Assembly (NCBI GenBank): GCA_963738945.1 | Contig: CAVTYD010000003.1 | Location: 601,385-665,384, forward strand | From: an uncultured Acidobacteriota bacterium | GTDB taxonomy: Bacteria > Acidobacteriota > Thermoanaerobaculia > UBA5066 > Gp7-AA6 | Direction of reading: 5' to 3' | Length of the DNA: 64,000 nucleotides | Shown here: in pieces, positions 62,760 through 64,000 of the stretch | Position numbering within the stretch: the first letter of the stretch is position 1 | Layout of the letters: every line of letters begins with the position of its first letter | Program-made: the position numbers and the translations under genes | Notes under the pieces: model-generated | The model's input: the letters and a program-made list of their open reading frames with translations, nothing else | Told to the model about the DNA's origin: nothing | The model's database searches: none

Positions 62760-64000
62760 TCAACGCTTGGCGATGAACGACCAGGGCGAGGGCCCGGCCG
62801 GAGGCCGCACCCGATCGGGACGGATCACGGCCGCGATGCGCTCGCGATGCGTCTTGAGGAGGCGCCGGACGGGAACGCCGTCGGCCGCTTCCTCCAGGAT
62901 GTCGGCGCCCGCCTCGTCCACCTTCGCGAGAAACGCCTCCCAGACGGCCTCGCCGACGGGCATCCCGCGGAACTCGACGTTCGGAATCCGCGCGAGCTCC
63001 CGCTGCAGGAACCCGAGCTTCTCCTTCAGGTAGTCCTCCTCGCGCAGCGCCTCGTCCTCGTAGGGCGTGTGGGGCTTCGGGATGAAAGCGTTGACCGACG
63101 GCACGATCTCGGCCACGCGGCCGAGACGGCGCCCCTCGTCCACGGCGATCGCGTGGGCGCGCTCGACCATCCGCACGATGTCCTCGACGTCGGCGTCGGT
63201 CTCCGACGGCAGGCCGACCTGCAGATACAGCTTCAGGCGCGTGAAGCCGCGGGCGAAGACGAGCCGGATCTTCTCGAAGAGCATCTCGTCGGAGACCTTC
63301 TTGTTGATGAACCGGCGCAGGCGCTCGTTGCCGGCCTCGGGCGCGATGGCGAGCGCGCGCTCTCCCTGGCGGGCGAGCACCTCCAGGATCCGGTCCTCGA
63401 TGGCGTCGATCTTGATGGAGGAAAGCGCGATGTGGTACCCGAGCGCGGCCAGGCCCTCGAGGATCACGCCGATCTCGGGGTGATCGCAGACCGCCGTGGC
63501 GATCAGTCCCGTCCGGTCCGTCTTCGAGCGCGCGTCGCGCGCCACCGCGAGGATCGACGACGCCGGGTACTGCTTGACGGGCGCCATCGCGTACGCCGCC
63601 CAGCAGAAGCGGCACATCTCGGTGCAGCCCCGGGAGATCTCGATCAGGAGCTTGTCGGCGAGCTCGGTGCGGGGGGTGAGGATCGTCGTATGGGGAACCT
63701 CGAACTCGGGCGAGATCTCCCGGCGCGACATCGGCTGCTGGATCACGACGCGCGCGTTCTCGGCCGTCTCCGCCCGTATTCCCTGGACCGCGGGGACGAA
63801 GAATCCGGGAAGGGCCGCGGCCGCGGCGAGGAACGCATCGCGATCGAGTCCCGACTGGAGCAGCTCCGCGATTCGGGGAACGAGGCGCTCGCCGTCGCCG
63901 AGCGCGAAGAGATCGACGAACGGCGAAAGCGCGGCCGGGTTCATCCGGGCGATGTCTCCGCCCACCAGCAGAAGCGGATGCCGCTCGTCGCGCTCGGCGC
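62760..64000 (-). CDS. Radical SAM protein (YgiQ/TIGR03960-like), 5' end outside the window
   Basis: NP...PFVD.F..GDGE, IEISRGCTEMCRFC, APEAG.ERLR..INK, LKLY..VGLP.ET, FIPKPHTP. Confidence 0.85.
   Translation of the reverse strand, partial: AERDERHPLLLVGGDIARMNPAALSPFVDLFALGDGERLVPRIAELLQSGLDRDAFLAAAAALPGFFVPAVQGIRAETAENARVVIQQPMSRREISPEFEVPHTTILTPRTELADKLLIEISRGCTEMCRFCWAAYAMAPVKQYPASSILAVARDARSKTDRTGLIATAVCDHPEIGVILEGLAALGYHIALSSIKIDAIEDRILEVLARQGERALAIAPEAGNERLRRFINKKVSDEMLFEKIRLVFARGFTRLKLYLQVGLPSETDADVEDIVRMVERAHAIAVDEGRRLGRVAEIVPSVNAFIPKPHTPYEDEALREEDYLKEKLGFLQRELARIPNVEFRGMPVGEAVWEAFLAKVDEAGADILEEAADGVPVRRLLKTHRERIAAVIRPDRVRPPAGPSPWSFIAKR

Overview
Very GC-rich bacterial chromosomal window, probably Acidobacteriota (Thermoanaerobaculia-like; inferred from gene content and the Cys-rich SLH-like C-terminal repeats). 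It holds about 50 genes. Housekeeping genes include the mreBCD-mrdA-rodA-rng operon, ppiD-ruvA-ruvB, an addB/addA-like pair plus sthA, thiC with a TPP riboswitch, ettA, ubiE/menG, ppk2, a photolyase and sulP. The left 16 kb is more accessory. It carries a Ser/Thr-kinase-activated ECF sigma (ECF43/TIGR02999 type) facing a large secreted beta-helix/IPT protein with Cys-containing SLH-like repeats, and a second paralogue of that protein. It also has a three-gene block (HpnR-like B12 radical SAM, lipid acyltransferase, Twitch radical SAM) that looks like an uncharacterised lipid-modification module. Non-coding highlights are a tandem, covarying structured repeat (36.9-37.3 kb), an IS5-like MITE that appears to complete a promoter (23.3-23.5 kb), a candidate CU-rich sRNA downstream of rng, and a window-wide pattern of TANNNT -10 boxes 6-10 nt before start codons (leaderless transcripts). 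Five +1 frameshifts cluster in 9.8-15.8 kb and are probably sequencing errors. No CRISPR array, tRNA, rRNA or transposase was seen. All calls come from reading motifs by eye; no database searches were run.
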